Below are positions 55,354 through 64,000 of a stretch of DNA of 64,000 nucleotides, one piece after another (the first letter of the stretch is position 1; the number at the start of each line of letters is the position of its first letter). The stretch is taken from assembly GCA_030765525.1 (NCBI GenBank), contig JAVCCK010000010.1, forward strand, positions 450,441 through 514,440, written 5' to 3'. Under the pieces are notes generated by a model. The model saw only the letters and a program-made list of their open reading frames with translations, searched no databases and was not told the origin of the DNA. The position numbers and the translations under genes are program-made. Origin of the DNA: Candidatus Lernaella stagnicola. Its GTDB lineage: Bacteria > Lernaellota > Lernaellaia > Lernaellales > Lernaellaceae.

Positions 55354-55363
55354 CGGAGAGGTT

Positions 55364-57127
55364 ATGAACAAACGCCGCCTCGCCATCGCCGTCTCCGGAG
55401 TCGTCCTGGGCGTTGCCGGATACTGGCTGCTGGATCGATGGTGGGGACCCTTCGCCGCGGCGCGCGTCTACGAAGCGCCGGAGCATTCCGTCTGGCGGGC
55501 CGTCATTTCCTTGGGGCATTGGCTGTGGTACGCGGCGCTGATCGCGGCGAGCCTCGGCGCCGGCGCCGCCATCGCGTTTTGGCCCGGCCGTGGGAAGACG
55601 ATCGCGGGAGAAAAACACGCCTGGCGGTGGGTCGCGGCGTTGGCTGTATTTGCGGCTGCGGCCGTCCTGCTGATACGGGCCGGAGCGTTGGGCGGCGCGC
55701 CCCTCTTTGACGACGAAATGATCTACCGCTTCCAGGCGCAGACGATCACCATGGGCCGACTGACCGCCGATCCGCCGCCGGATGCCGAACGCTTCAAGCA
55801 CATTTTCCTCGGCGTTTGGAAGGGGCGCTGGTTTGGGCAGTACAGCTTCGGCCACCCTGCGCTTTTGGCCCTTGGCGAGCTTCTGGGTCGGCCGGGTGTG
55901 GTAGGCGCAGCGGAAACAGCGCTGATGGTCCTGCTGTTGTTTTTGCTGGCCGACCGACTCTTCGACCGCCGCGCCGCGTTGTTAACCGCTTTCCTGGCCG
56001 CGGTTTCACCCTTTTTGCTGTGCACCGGCGCGACGCTCTTGTCGCAGAACTCCGCCACGCCGCTGGTGCTGCTGGGTATTCTGTTTACTTTGCGCGCGGC
56101 CGAGCATGGGCGCTTTGGCGACACCTTGGTTGCGGCGCTGGCATTAGGCGGCGCGTTTTGGTGCCGGCAAATGGAACCCGCCGTATTCGCCTTCGGCCCC
56201 CTCGTACTGCTGGCAATTCGCTTGATTCGCGGCAGGCGGCGGCTGCCGATTCTGGCCGGCGGATTGCTCGGCTCGCTGCTGGCAATCGGCCCACTCTTGT
56301 TGCTGCAGCGGTATCTGTGGGGCGACGCCTTCTGGACAAATTACCAAGCGTACTGGTGGGGCGTGCAGAAACTTCGCATCACCTCGCCCTTTGGTTTCGG
56401 CCTTGCGCCGCTGGCCAATCACACGCCCGCCAAGGGCTTGTTGTACACGCTGCGTAACTGGGTTCACCTTGATGTGTTCCTGCTCGGCCTGCCCGGCGCA
56501 ACGATTCTGGCCGCCGTCGGCTTCGCAGCCCATCGCAAGCAGAGCGAAGCGGTGGCCGTGTTCGCCGGCGTCGTACTCAGTTTTGTCATGTTGTTCTTTT
56601 ATTTTTGGCCCAGCCTCGCCGACACTGGCCCGCAGCTCTACCACACCGCCGGAGCCGTGTTGCTGCCCTTCGTTGCCGCCGGGCTGATCCGATGGCTCGA
56701 CTCCGCCAAAGTGCCGGCGCTTGCCGCCGCGACCATCTTGTTGGTGGCCGGCGCGACCTTCTGGCCGGTGCAACTGCAAGCCCTGCACCGCGCCTCGCAA
56801 GGCGCCACGGAATTGCAGCGCTTGGTCGCCGCGCGCGATATTCACCACGCCATCGTCTTCGCCCGGGCACGGCCCTGGCCGACCGGGTACGCCGTCTCAC
56901 CGGTCAATTCGCTGCCGGCGCCGCGGCCCGACTTTTCCGACGACGTGCTTTTCGCGCGCACCGGCGGCACGCCGGTCAACCGCGCTTTCGCTGAAAAGCA
57001 TTTCCCGGATCGAGCGCTGTATTACCTGCAATTTATCGACGGCAAAATCGCCTTGCTGCCACTCGACGAATACACCGGTCGGCAAAGCCTGCTCGAAGCG
57101 GCCGTGCCGCGCGATATCTCGAAGTGA
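55364..57127 (+). CDS. GT-C glycosyltransferase (GT39/ArnT/PMT_2-like)
   Basis: 'FDDEMIYRFQA', 'YSFGHPALL', multiple TM helices, 'AVSPF'. Confidence 0.75.
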   Translation: MNKRRLAIAVSGVVLGVAGYWLLDRWWGPFAAARVYEAPEHSVWRAVISLGHWLWYAALIAASLGAGAAIAFWPGRGKTIAGEKHAWRWVAALAVFAAAAVLLIRAGALGGAPLFDDEMIYRFQAQTITMGRLTADPPPDAERFKHIFLGVWKGRWFGQYSFGHPALLALGELLGRPGVVGAAETALMVLLLFLLADRLFDRRAALLTAFLAAVSPFLLCTGATLLSQNSATPLVLLGILFTLRAAEHGRFGDTLVAALALGGAFWCRQMEPAVFAFGPLVLLAIRLIRGRRRLPILAGGLLGSLLAIGPLLLLQRYLWGDAFWTNYQAYWWGVQKLRITSPFGFGLAPLANHTPAKGLLYTLRNWVHLDVFLLGLPGATILAAVGFAAHRKQSEAVAVFAGVVLSFVMLFFYFWPSLADTGPQLYHTAGAVLLPFVAAGLIRWLDSAKVPALAAATILLVAGATFWPVQLQALHRASQGATELQRLVAARDIHHAIVFARARPWPTGYAVSPVNSLPAPRPDFSDDVLFARTGGTPVNRAFAEKHFPDRALYYLQFIDGKIALLPLDEYTGRQSLLEAAVPRDISK

Positions 57128-57188
57128 CCACCGCCCTTTTGCGCGGTTGATAAGCGGTGTAAAAAAGCCGGAAGGAAAAGGAGACGAG

Positions 57189-58958
57189 TTGCGCCGTATC
57201 TTCGCCACTTTGGTCATGTTGAGCCTCGTGTTTTGCTTCGCCTGCGACGCGAAACGATACCGGCCCACCAAACTGCCCCCGGCGCGAAACGCCGTGCTGA
57301 TCAGCATCGACATGCTGCGCGCCGACCACCTGGGCACGTACGGGTATTCCAAACCGACCTCACCCAACCTCGACAAGCTGGCGAAAGAGGCCATTCGTTT
57401 CGACCGGGCCTATAGCAGTTCAAACTGGACCCTGCCCGGGCACGCGGGCATGCTCACCGGCCGCATGTCATCCTGGCACGGCGGCATTCAGCTACACGAC
57501 GCCATTCGCGAATCGGTGCCCCTGGTTTCCCAGGTCCTGCAAGCGCGCGGCGTGAGAACGGCGGCGCTGACAAGCCATATTTACGTATCCCCGCGCTATG
57601 GATTCGAGCGTGGCTTCGACTACTTCGAGTTCGAGCAAAATCGCGCCGCGCCGGTCATCACCGACAAGGCTGTGGCATGGCTGGAAACGCAGGGCGACGA
57701 ACCCTTCTTCCTGTTCTTGCATTACTTCGACGTACATAACCCCTTCGGCCAAGGGGGCGCGCCCGTAGGACGTTTTACCAGCGATCCGGAATGCCGCGGC
57801 CCCGTCACCGTGCACGAGGCCGTCGCCGCCGCCTACCAGGAAAACTGGGACGCCTTCGATTGCATCACCGCCTTGTACGATGCCGATATTGCGCTGGTCG
57901 ACCGCGAATTGGGCCGGTTGTTCGAATACCTGAAGCACCGCGGATTGCTGGAGGAAACCCTGCTGATCGTCACGTCGGATCACGGCGAACTACTCGGCAA
58001 GGGAGAGGGCGTTACCCACGGCCTGACGCTGCGCGAACCGGAAATCCGCGTGCCGCTCTTGATTCGTTTCCCCGGCGCCGCGGCGGGCAACACGGCCGTG
58101 CCGCACTTGGTCAGCAACATCCAACTGACGCCGACTATTCTCGAATCGATGGGCGCGCCCGCCTTCGACACCGACCTGCCGAGTCTCTTTCCGCTTTTGG
58201 CCGGCGGTGCGCCTCCCACGTGGCTGGGCGTCGAAACCGACAGCATTCGGTATCAACAAATCGGCATCGTGGGCGAGCGTTACAAGCTGATTCTGCCGCC
58301 CACCTACCACATCATGGACACCCGCCTGGCGCCGATGCTGATCGATATCAAAGGTTCGGAAGAAGAAAACCTGTGGGAGAAGCACCCCGAGCGCGTGCGC
58401 GACATGCTGGGCCGGGCCGAACAAAGCGGCTGGTACGGCCGCGGCACCTGCCACGAGTTCGTGCATCGTTTCGGGCCGGACGTGGGGCCGGTGAAGCTGC
58501 GTTTTTCGTTTCCCGAGGATCGTCCGCCGGTGTATGTGCGGCCGTGGCGGCGTGCGGTGCAGGTCAAGCCGGGCGGCTTCTTCGACGTTTGGCCGCATTT
58601 GCGACGGTCTCCCGGCACGATCGAGTTGCGCCTGAAACCCGGCGAGCACCCCATGGGCATCGTGTTCGTCATGCCCGAAGGCGTGCAGGCGCGGGCGGAA
58701 GTGTTCTTCTCGGGCGCTCAACGTCCGGCCGTATTGTGGGGCGAGGAGAAAACGGAGTGGGACGGCGCCTCGAAAGGGCTACCCACCGAGGCGGGTGCGT
58801 GGCAGGCCGTCACCCGGCCCGATGGGGCTTTCATACAGGCGCGCAGCTACCGCGTGCTGGATCTCGAACGACCCAACGGCGGGCGTTCGGGCGTGCCGGT
58901 CGATTTGACCAACGACGAGGAACGCGACCTGCGCACCCTCGGCTATCTGGGGATGTGA
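57189..58958 (+). CDS. Second sulfatase-like lipoprotein (Thr at the nucleophile position)
   Basis: TTG after AAGGAG; CFAC lipobox; 'SIDMLRADHL', 'WTLPGHAGMLTG', 'FDVHNPF', 'TSDHGE', 'LRTLGYL'. Confidence 0.85.
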   Translation: MRRIFATLVMLSLVFCFACDAKRYRPTKLPPARNAVLISIDMLRADHLGTYGYSKPTSPNLDKLAKEAIRFDRAYSSSNWTLPGHAGMLTGRMSSWHGGIQLHDAIRESVPLVSQVLQARGVRTAALTSHIYVSPRYGFERGFDYFEFEQNRAAPVITDKAVAWLETQGDEPFFLFLHYFDVHNPFGQGGAPVGRFTSDPECRGPVTVHEAVAAAYQENWDAFDCITALYDADIALVDRELGRLFEYLKHRGLLEETLLIVTSDHGELLGKGEGVTHGLTLREPEIRVPLLIRFPGAAAGNTAVPHLVSNIQLTPTILESMGAPAFDTDLPSLFPLLAGGAPPTWLGVETDSIRYQQIGIVGERYKLILPPTYHIMDTRLAPMLIDIKGSEEENLWEKHPERVRDMLGRAEQSGWYGRGTCHEFVHRFGPDVGPVKLRFSFPEDRPPVYVRPWRRAVQVKPGGFFDVWPHLRRSPGTIELRLKPGEHPMGIVFVMPEGVQARAEVFFSGAQRPAVLWGEEKTEWDGASKGLPTEAGAWQAVTRPDGAFIQARSYRVLDLERPNGGRSGVPVDLTNDEERDLRTLGYLGM

Positions 58959-60017
58959 TTAAATCTGCGACTCTTCGTAGAACGCCCGGCCTTCAATCTT
59001 TTTTCCGCCTCGCGTGCCGCTGACGAACGCTCCACCTTCGTAGATGGTTTCGTTCACTTCCATGTTCTCGCGGTCGGCGGTGACGGTCAGCGACGCGTCC
59101 AACTCGGAAATATCGATCCGCCAAACGGTCGCCCGGCGGCGGCCGGTGGCCTCGCTTTTCCACTCGCTCAGCGTCTGCGCGGTGCAGCTCAGGCTGGGCC
59201 GGTGCGTGCCGTCGGGCAGCACGGCGTCGCAATCGACATGCATCGTGTTGTCCTTGCGCACGAAGGCGAAAACCATGGCCTTGGTTCCGTCGGTCAGGTG
59301 AATCGAAAACCAGTGCCAACTGCGCAGTTTGCCGTAATTCCACAGCCCCCATTGGTGGTCCATCCATCCCAGGCCATGTAGGACCCGGCGCTTGTCGCCG
59401 ACGGCCACCGAGCCGTCCACGCGCATGGCCGGGATCAGGTAATACTCGCTGCGCCCGGTTTCGCCCATCGAGATCGTGCCGTCGCCGCTCACGGCAATCG
59501 GTGGCTGGATCGCCGTAAGGCGCAGTTTCATCTGCGCGGGTTCGCCCTCGAGTTCGAACTCATAATCCAGCCGACCGCGCTCGAGTTGCCGAATCGTTGC
59601 CACGCCCTTGGATGACGCCGACAGGGCTTTCCGGTCCACCTCGGTGTCGGTTTCTTTGTAGTACGGAATGAAAACGTCGTCGTCCGGCGAGTACAGCATG
59701 CCGTAGAACTGGTTGTCGGACAGGATCGCGAACATGAACGACCACCGTCGCCCCTCGGTGTCGAGGGTATGGGCGTTGAAATACCACCAGCCCAAGACAT
59801 TGCGAAAATGGATGCCCGCAAAATTGAAGGCGGCGAGGTTTTTCACCGGTATGTTCTCGGGGTTCACTTCCGGCGCGTCGACGGGTGGCATGAGTTGCTC
59901 GTAAGCGCGGCGGTCGGCGCTTGCATCGGGCGGCGTGTAAGATGGCGGGCTCTTCTTTTCGCATGCCGCCATGACCAGCATGATCGCGAGCAACACGTAG
60001 GGCAGGCCTTTTCGCAT
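58959..60017 (-). CDS. CrtC/AttH-like lipocalin-fold lipoprotein
   Basis: Lipobox MAAC; 'WWYFNAH', 'SEYYLIP', 'GLGWMDHQWG', 'WHWFSIHLTDG', 'W.SEATG', 'YEG...G.AFYE'. Confidence 0.8.
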   Translation of the reverse strand: MRKGLPYVLLAIMLVMAACEKKSPPSYTPPDASADRRAYEQLMPPVDAPEVNPENIPVKNLAAFNFAGIHFRNVLGWWYFNAHTLDTEGRRWSFMFAILSDNQFYGMLYSPDDDVFIPYYKETDTEVDRKALSASSKGVATIRQLERGRLDYEFELEGEPAQMKLRLTAIQPPIAVSGDGTISMGETGRSEYYLIPAMRVDGSVAVGDKRRVLHGLGWMDHQWGLWNYGKLRSWHWFSIHLTDGTKAMVFAFVRKDNTMHVDCDAVLPDGTHRPSLSCTAQTLSEWKSEATGRRRATVWRIDISELDASLTVTADRENMEVNETIYEGGAFVSGTRGGKKIEGRAFYEESQI

Positions 60018-61604
60018 CTAATACCCCGGCGGTTTGTAGCGCCGTCCCGCTCCGAAGGGGAAGAAGCGGTCGGTTAGCGGGTCGATTTCTTCCGGCGGTA
60101 CCACGACACGCACGCGTTCGTTCCGGCGCGCGTCGAGGTTCACTTGACGCAGGGTCGTAAGAACGATGCCGTAGGTCAAGTCGCCGTAGCGGATCGGATT
60201 GCGCTTCAGCATCGGATCGTAAAACGGCTCGACGGCCAACCGCCGCATCAAGCCGCCGCTGGCGACGAACTCCGTGCGGTCGTTGCAGTGCAGCACTAGC
60301 AGGCGATCGGTGAGTTCTGGGCGGTAGAATTTGACCGCGGTGTCCAAGGCGTGATCGTGCGGCCGGGCGCAATAATAGAGCACGGTGCCCGGCTCGGCAT
60401 CCCCGTGGTCGCGCGCGATATTGTCGGCGGTTTGTTGCAACGACTCAGCCCGCCGCGTTTGCCAACGCGAGAAATTCCAGCCCAACACGGCGCTGTTAAC
60501 GGCAAGCAGAATCGCCAATCCGGCAAGCAACAACCGTGCGACACGCCCTGGACGACCCGCCAAACCCGCCGCCGCGGCCAGCAACAACCCGGCGCCGAAT
60601 CCGCCGAGATAGAAAAAGCGTAGCGGAAACCATAGCGCCATAACCGGGTTCTTCAGGTTTACGGCCATCGGCGCCATCGCCAAAACGAAAAGCGCCAAGC
60701 CCATCAGCGCCAGGCGTGGTGCGCCCGTGCGGCGACCCCAGATGAGCAGCGCGAGGATCCCCACCGCCAACGGCGGCAGCAACCATGGCAACACGGGGAA
60801 GTAGTCGGCAATGAGTTTGGGGATCACCGGCAAAATAACGTCGAGCGGCGGCGCGCCGGGCAGCGGGTCGTATCCGCCGAAGCCGCCCAAAAACAACCAA
60901 CGCCACACGAAATACAAGGACGCCGCCAGCACCCAAGGCCAAGCGGTCAGCAGCGTAAGACCGGCGGCGCGTCGGCGGCTTTCGCCGCGTTGCCGATGGA
61001 AAGAGAAAGCAAGAGGAAATACCAGCAGCGCCACGACGATTTGATTTTCCTTGCACAACATGGCCGCGAGCGCCGCGAGCAGCGAGGCGGTCAGCCACAA
61101 TCGGCGGCGGCCGTCCATCCACCGCCAAAACGCGATCAGCGAGACAACCAGAAAGAAGGCGCCAAGCACGTCGGGCGTGTTGAACACAAAATGCGCCCCC
61201 ATGGTCGTCGCGGGAGAAACGGCAAACAGCGCCGCCGTCCAAAACGCCACGGGAATCGAGCCGAACCAACGCCGCCCAAGTTCGAACAGCAAGCATGTCG
61301 TGGCGGCTACGAGCGCTAAATTCACCGCGAGATAGCCCACGGCATGCGCGCCGAACAGCCCATACAAAGGCTTGAAGAAGAAGTAGAACGCCGGTCGGTA
61401 GTACAAACCGAACCACAAATCCTGGGTGAAAAACGCCCAAACCGGCGCGCCGGCGCGGGCCAGATGCAGATAGAAATAATCGTCCAGGTAGAAATCGCCC
61501 CACAAAATCGCGCCCTGCGTCAGCAAGGCGGCTAACGCCAACGCCGCGCGATAAGCGTTCAAACCGGAATCTTTTAGGGGCGCTGCGGTGCTATGTTCCG
61601 ACAC
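60018..61604 (-). CDS. GT-C-type membrane glycosyltransferase-like protein
   Basis: 'FYLDDYFYL', 'YYRP', 'LFAVSP', 'AMLCKE', 'RFFYL'. Confidence 0.7.
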   Translation of the reverse strand: MSEHSTAAPLKDSGLNAYRAALALAALLTQGAILWGDFYLDDYFYLHLARAGAPVWAFFTQDLWFGLYYRPAFYFFFKPLYGLFGAHAVGYLAVNLALVAATTCLLFELGRRWFGSIPVAFWTAALFAVSPATTMGAHFVFNTPDVLGAFFLVVSLIAFWRWMDGRRRLWLTASLLAALAAMLCKENQIVVALLVFPLAFSFHRQRGESRRRAAGLTLLTAWPWVLAASLYFVWRWLFLGGFGGYDPLPGAPPLDVILPVIPKLIADYFPVLPWLLPPLAVGILALLIWGRRTGAPRLALMGLALFVLAMAPMAVNLKNPVMALWFPLRFFYLGGFGAGLLLAAAAGLAGRPGRVARLLLAGLAILLAVNSAVLGWNFSRWQTRRAESLQQTADNIARDHGDAEPGTVLYYCARPHDHALDTAVKFYRPELTDRLLVLHCNDRTEFVASGGLMRRLAVEPFYDPMLKRNPIRYGDLTYGIVLTTLRQVNLDARRNERVRVVVPPEEIDPLTDRFFPFGAGRRYKPPGY

Positions 61605-61766
61605 GATTGCATCCGTTTGTTGCTAAGAGGAAGTCGTCGGCCAGCTTACGTAGCCGGTCGATTTCTGTCAACGAATCGCCGCCGCGTCCGCCGTCGGACG
61701 ATCGATCCTGGCAATAACCGCGCGATTGTATTACAAGTTTAATACCGACAAAGGTGGGGGATTCGC

Positions 61767-62906
61767 TTGGACGGCATCTACTTGGACTACAACGCCACGA
61801 CGCCCATTGCGCCCGAAGTGCGCGAAGCGATGCAACCCTATCTGGAAAACCACTTCGGAAACCCATCCTCTACGCACTCCTACGGACGCGCGGCGCAGGC
61901 CGGCATCGCCAAAGCCCGCAACCAGATGGCGCTGCTGCTGGGGGCTTCGCCCGAGGAGATCGTCTTCACCAGCGGCGGCACCGAGGCGAACAACCTGGCG
62001 ATCCGCGGCGCGGCCGTGGCGTTGCGCGACAAGGGCCGGCATTTGGTTACGACGACCGTCGAGCATCCGGCCGTCACGCAAGTGATGGCGCATCTGGAGA
62101 GCGAGGGGTGGGACGTAAGTTACGTGCCGGTCGACGAGCGCGGGCAGGTGGACCCCGAGGCGGTCGAGGCCGCGCTGCGTCCGGACACGGTGCTGGTGTC
62201 GGTCATGCACGCCAATAACGAGTTGGGTACGATCATGCCCGTGGCCGACATCGCCGCCCGCGCTCACGCCAAGGGCGTGCTGGTCCATACCGATGCGGCG
62301 CAATCGGTCGGGAAAATCCCGGCGCGCGTGTGGGATTTGGGCGTCGATTTGCTCTCGGTCGCCGGGCACAAGTTCTACGCGCCCAAGGGCGTGGGTGCGC
62401 TGTTCGTCAAGCGCGGCACGCCGCTGGCTCCGGTGTTGTTCGGCGCGGCGCAGGAAGAGGGACGGCGGCCGGGCACGGAAAACACGCCGTATCTGGTCGG
62501 CCTGGGCCGGGCGGCGGAATTGGCGATACGCGAGCAGAAAAAACTCGCGCCGCAATGGGCCGCTTTGCGGGATCGTCTGCAGGACGAACTTGTCTCGTCC
62601 TTACCGGCGGATCAGGTACGCGTAAACGGCGATTTGGAACACCACCTGCCCAACACGTTGAGCATCAGCTTCCGCGGTATACAGGGCGACGCCCTGCTCA
62701 ACGGGTTGCCGGAGATCGCCGCAAGCACCGGTGCCGCCTGCCACGCGGACGCGGTATCGCTATCGACGGTGCTCGAAGCAATCGATTTACCGCTGGAATT
62801 CGCGAAGGGCACAGTACGGTTGTCCATCGGGCGATATACGACGGCAGAGGACGTGGATCGCGCGGCGAAATTAATCGTCGCCAAAGTCAAGGAAATGAGG
62901 CGATAG
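61767..62906 (+). CDS. Cysteine desulfurase (group I, IscS/NifS or selenocysteine-lyase-like)
   Basis: 'IYLDYNATTP', 'FTSGGTEANN', 'EHPAV', 'MHANNE', 'DAAQSVGK', 'GHKFYAPKG', catalytic 'STGAACH'. Confidence 0.92.
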   Translation: MDGIYLDYNATTPIAPEVREAMQPYLENHFGNPSSTHSYGRAAQAGIAKARNQMALLLGASPEEIVFTSGGTEANNLAIRGAAVALRDKGRHLVTTTVEHPAVTQVMAHLESEGWDVSYVPVDERGQVDPEAVEAALRPDTVLVSVMHANNELGTIMPVADIAARAHAKGVLVHTDAAQSVGKIPARVWDLGVDLLSVAGHKFYAPKGVGALFVKRGTPLAPVLFGAAQEEGRRPGTENTPYLVGLGRAAELAIREQKKLAPQWAALRDRLQDELVSSLPADQVRVNGDLEHHLPNTLSISFRGIQGDALLNGLPEIAASTGAACHADAVSLSTVLEAIDLPLEFAKGTVRLSIGRYTTAEDVDRAAKLIVAKVKEMRR

Positions 62907-64000
62907 ATGGACGAGGCAAAACGACCAATTCATCGGTATGTGTTGGCCGGACTGCTGGCGGCGTTGGTGGTGTTTCACGTTGTCTACTTTATGTCGGACG
63001 CTCGTTTGATCGTGGATCACGACGACTATTACCTCGGAATGTTCGCGCGCGATTTCGACGCCGGGCTTGTGCATCATCTTCAGGTCGCGGTAAGCGGCGC
63101 GGAAAAATATCCGCTGGTCAATTGGATGCTGTCGCTCTCGTACACAATCCTGCCGGACCATTCGGCGGTGTTTTTGGCCGTACCGTTGTTGTTCTACCTC
63201 TTGCTCATTTTGGGCATGTATCTGCTCGCCCGCGAACTTTCCGACACCGATACGGGCTTGCTGATCGCCTTTTTGATTGCCGTGGTGCCCATCGTCGATA
63301 ATCACAGCCGCAAGTTCTTCCTGCAGCATTTCGCCACCGCGCTGCTGCCCTGGAGCTTCTGGTTTCTCATGCGTATCCGCGCCTCCGGCGGCCGCGCGGC
63401 CGACTACATCGCCTTGGGCGCGACGATTCTGCTGGCGAACCTGACGCACCCCTTGGCCCACCTCAACTCGGTACCGATTTACGTACTGCTGTTTTTTCTG
63501 CCGCGCTTGACCGGCGAGAAGACACCCCTCAATCGCCGAACTCACTTGCGAAACAGCGTGATCGTTCTCGCGGGCGTCTCGGCGCTGTCGCTTGTCTTCT
63601 TCCGAGACTTCGCGGGCTATTTCTCACCCGACGAAGGGTTCATGCAACTGCTCTCGAAGGATGCGGCGTCGGTAGGGGCCGGTCTGACGTTCGAAACGTA
63701 TTCCAAGGAATTCTGGAGCACGCCCTTTGCCGTGTTGTACGTGGTACTCGGCGGCTTGTCGCTGCTCTTACCGCGCCTCCTGTTGCCCTTGAAAGCCCGC
63801 GCGGTCGGCGCCGGTTTGGTCCTTTGGTATTTTCTGGTGGCTGTCTTCTTCCACCTTCGCGGATTTTCGCTCATCGGTTTCACGCCCGCCTACGTGCTCT
63901 TGCCGCTGCTGGCCATCGTACCCCTGGTGCGGCGTCTGCCGTTGGAAGAGCTCGAGCCGCCGCGCCGGCCGAAGCTGAGCCTGGTTCTTGTGGGCTTGCT
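62907..64000 (+). CDS. GT-C glycosyltransferase (GT39-like), 3' truncated by window; absent from the ORF track
   Basis: ATG immediately after the desulfurase stop: MDEAKRPIHRYVLAGLL...VDHDDYYL...KYPL...GMYLLARE...GLLIAFLIAVVP; hydrophobic and apparently open to the window end. Confidence 0.7.
   Translation, partial: MDEAKRPIHRYVLAGLLAALVVFHVVYFMSDARLIVDHDDYYLGMFARDFDAGLVHHLQVAVSGAEKYPLVNWMLSLSYTILPDHSAVFLAVPLLFYLLLILGMYLLARELSDTDTGLLIAFLIAVVPIVDNHSRKFFLQHFATALLPWSFWFLMRIRASGGRAADYIALGATILLANLTHPLAHLNSVPIYVLLFFLPRLTGEKTPLNRRTHLRNSVIVLAGVSALSLVFFRDFAGYFSPDEGFMQLLSKDAASVGAGLTFETYSKEFWSTPFAVLYVVLGGLSLLLPRLLLPLKARAVGAGLVLWYFLVAVFFHLRGFSLIGFTPAYVLLPLLAIVPLVRRLPLEELEPPRRPKLSLVLVGL

Overview
GC-rich bacterial chromosomal region. 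Gene content suggests a Deltaproteobacteria-like/Myxococcota-related organism; the poly-Asp exported proteins ending in GCGC recall Ca. Lernaellota, which is an inference. The left end (1-6360) is a decayed integrative island at tRNA-Leu(CAA), with tRNA-Ala(GGC) just upstream. It holds a tyrosine-integrase 3' remnant and a more AT-rich ~1380-aa STAND/NACHT-type NTPase with a C-terminal PD-(D/E)xK nuclease, a candidate anti-phage gene. Next come ppiD/surA, an NYN-LOTUS RNase, and an operon encoding a THI5/NMT1-type ABC importer, a non-canonical spore-photoproduct-lyase-like radical SAM enzyme, a small alpha/beta protein and an aldehyde dehydrogenase. The middle carries an FHA protein, truA, a beta-barrel/FN3-CFI-box pair, dapL, a YfhO-like GT-C enzyme, a TetR-controlled Lol-like export cluster, a Tes/GDGT-MAS-like radical SAM gene beside an FGE-like gene, a c-di-GMP module, orphan gspLM and a GH2/SGNH cluster. 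The right part has two tandem paralogous exported proteins with poly-Asp tails ending in SGCGC-COOH (one with an apparently circularly permuted adhesin domain), followed by Thr-type sulfatase-like enzymes, more GT-C enzymes and a cysteine desulfurase. Best candidates for undescribed systems: (1) a C-terminal poly-Asp-GCGC anchoring signal that mirrors the N-terminal Cys-poly-Asp lipoproteins in the window, (2) the STAND-nuclease captured at the end of an integrase, and (3) the ABC/SPL-like catabolic operon. All calls come from reading motifs by eye; no searches were run.
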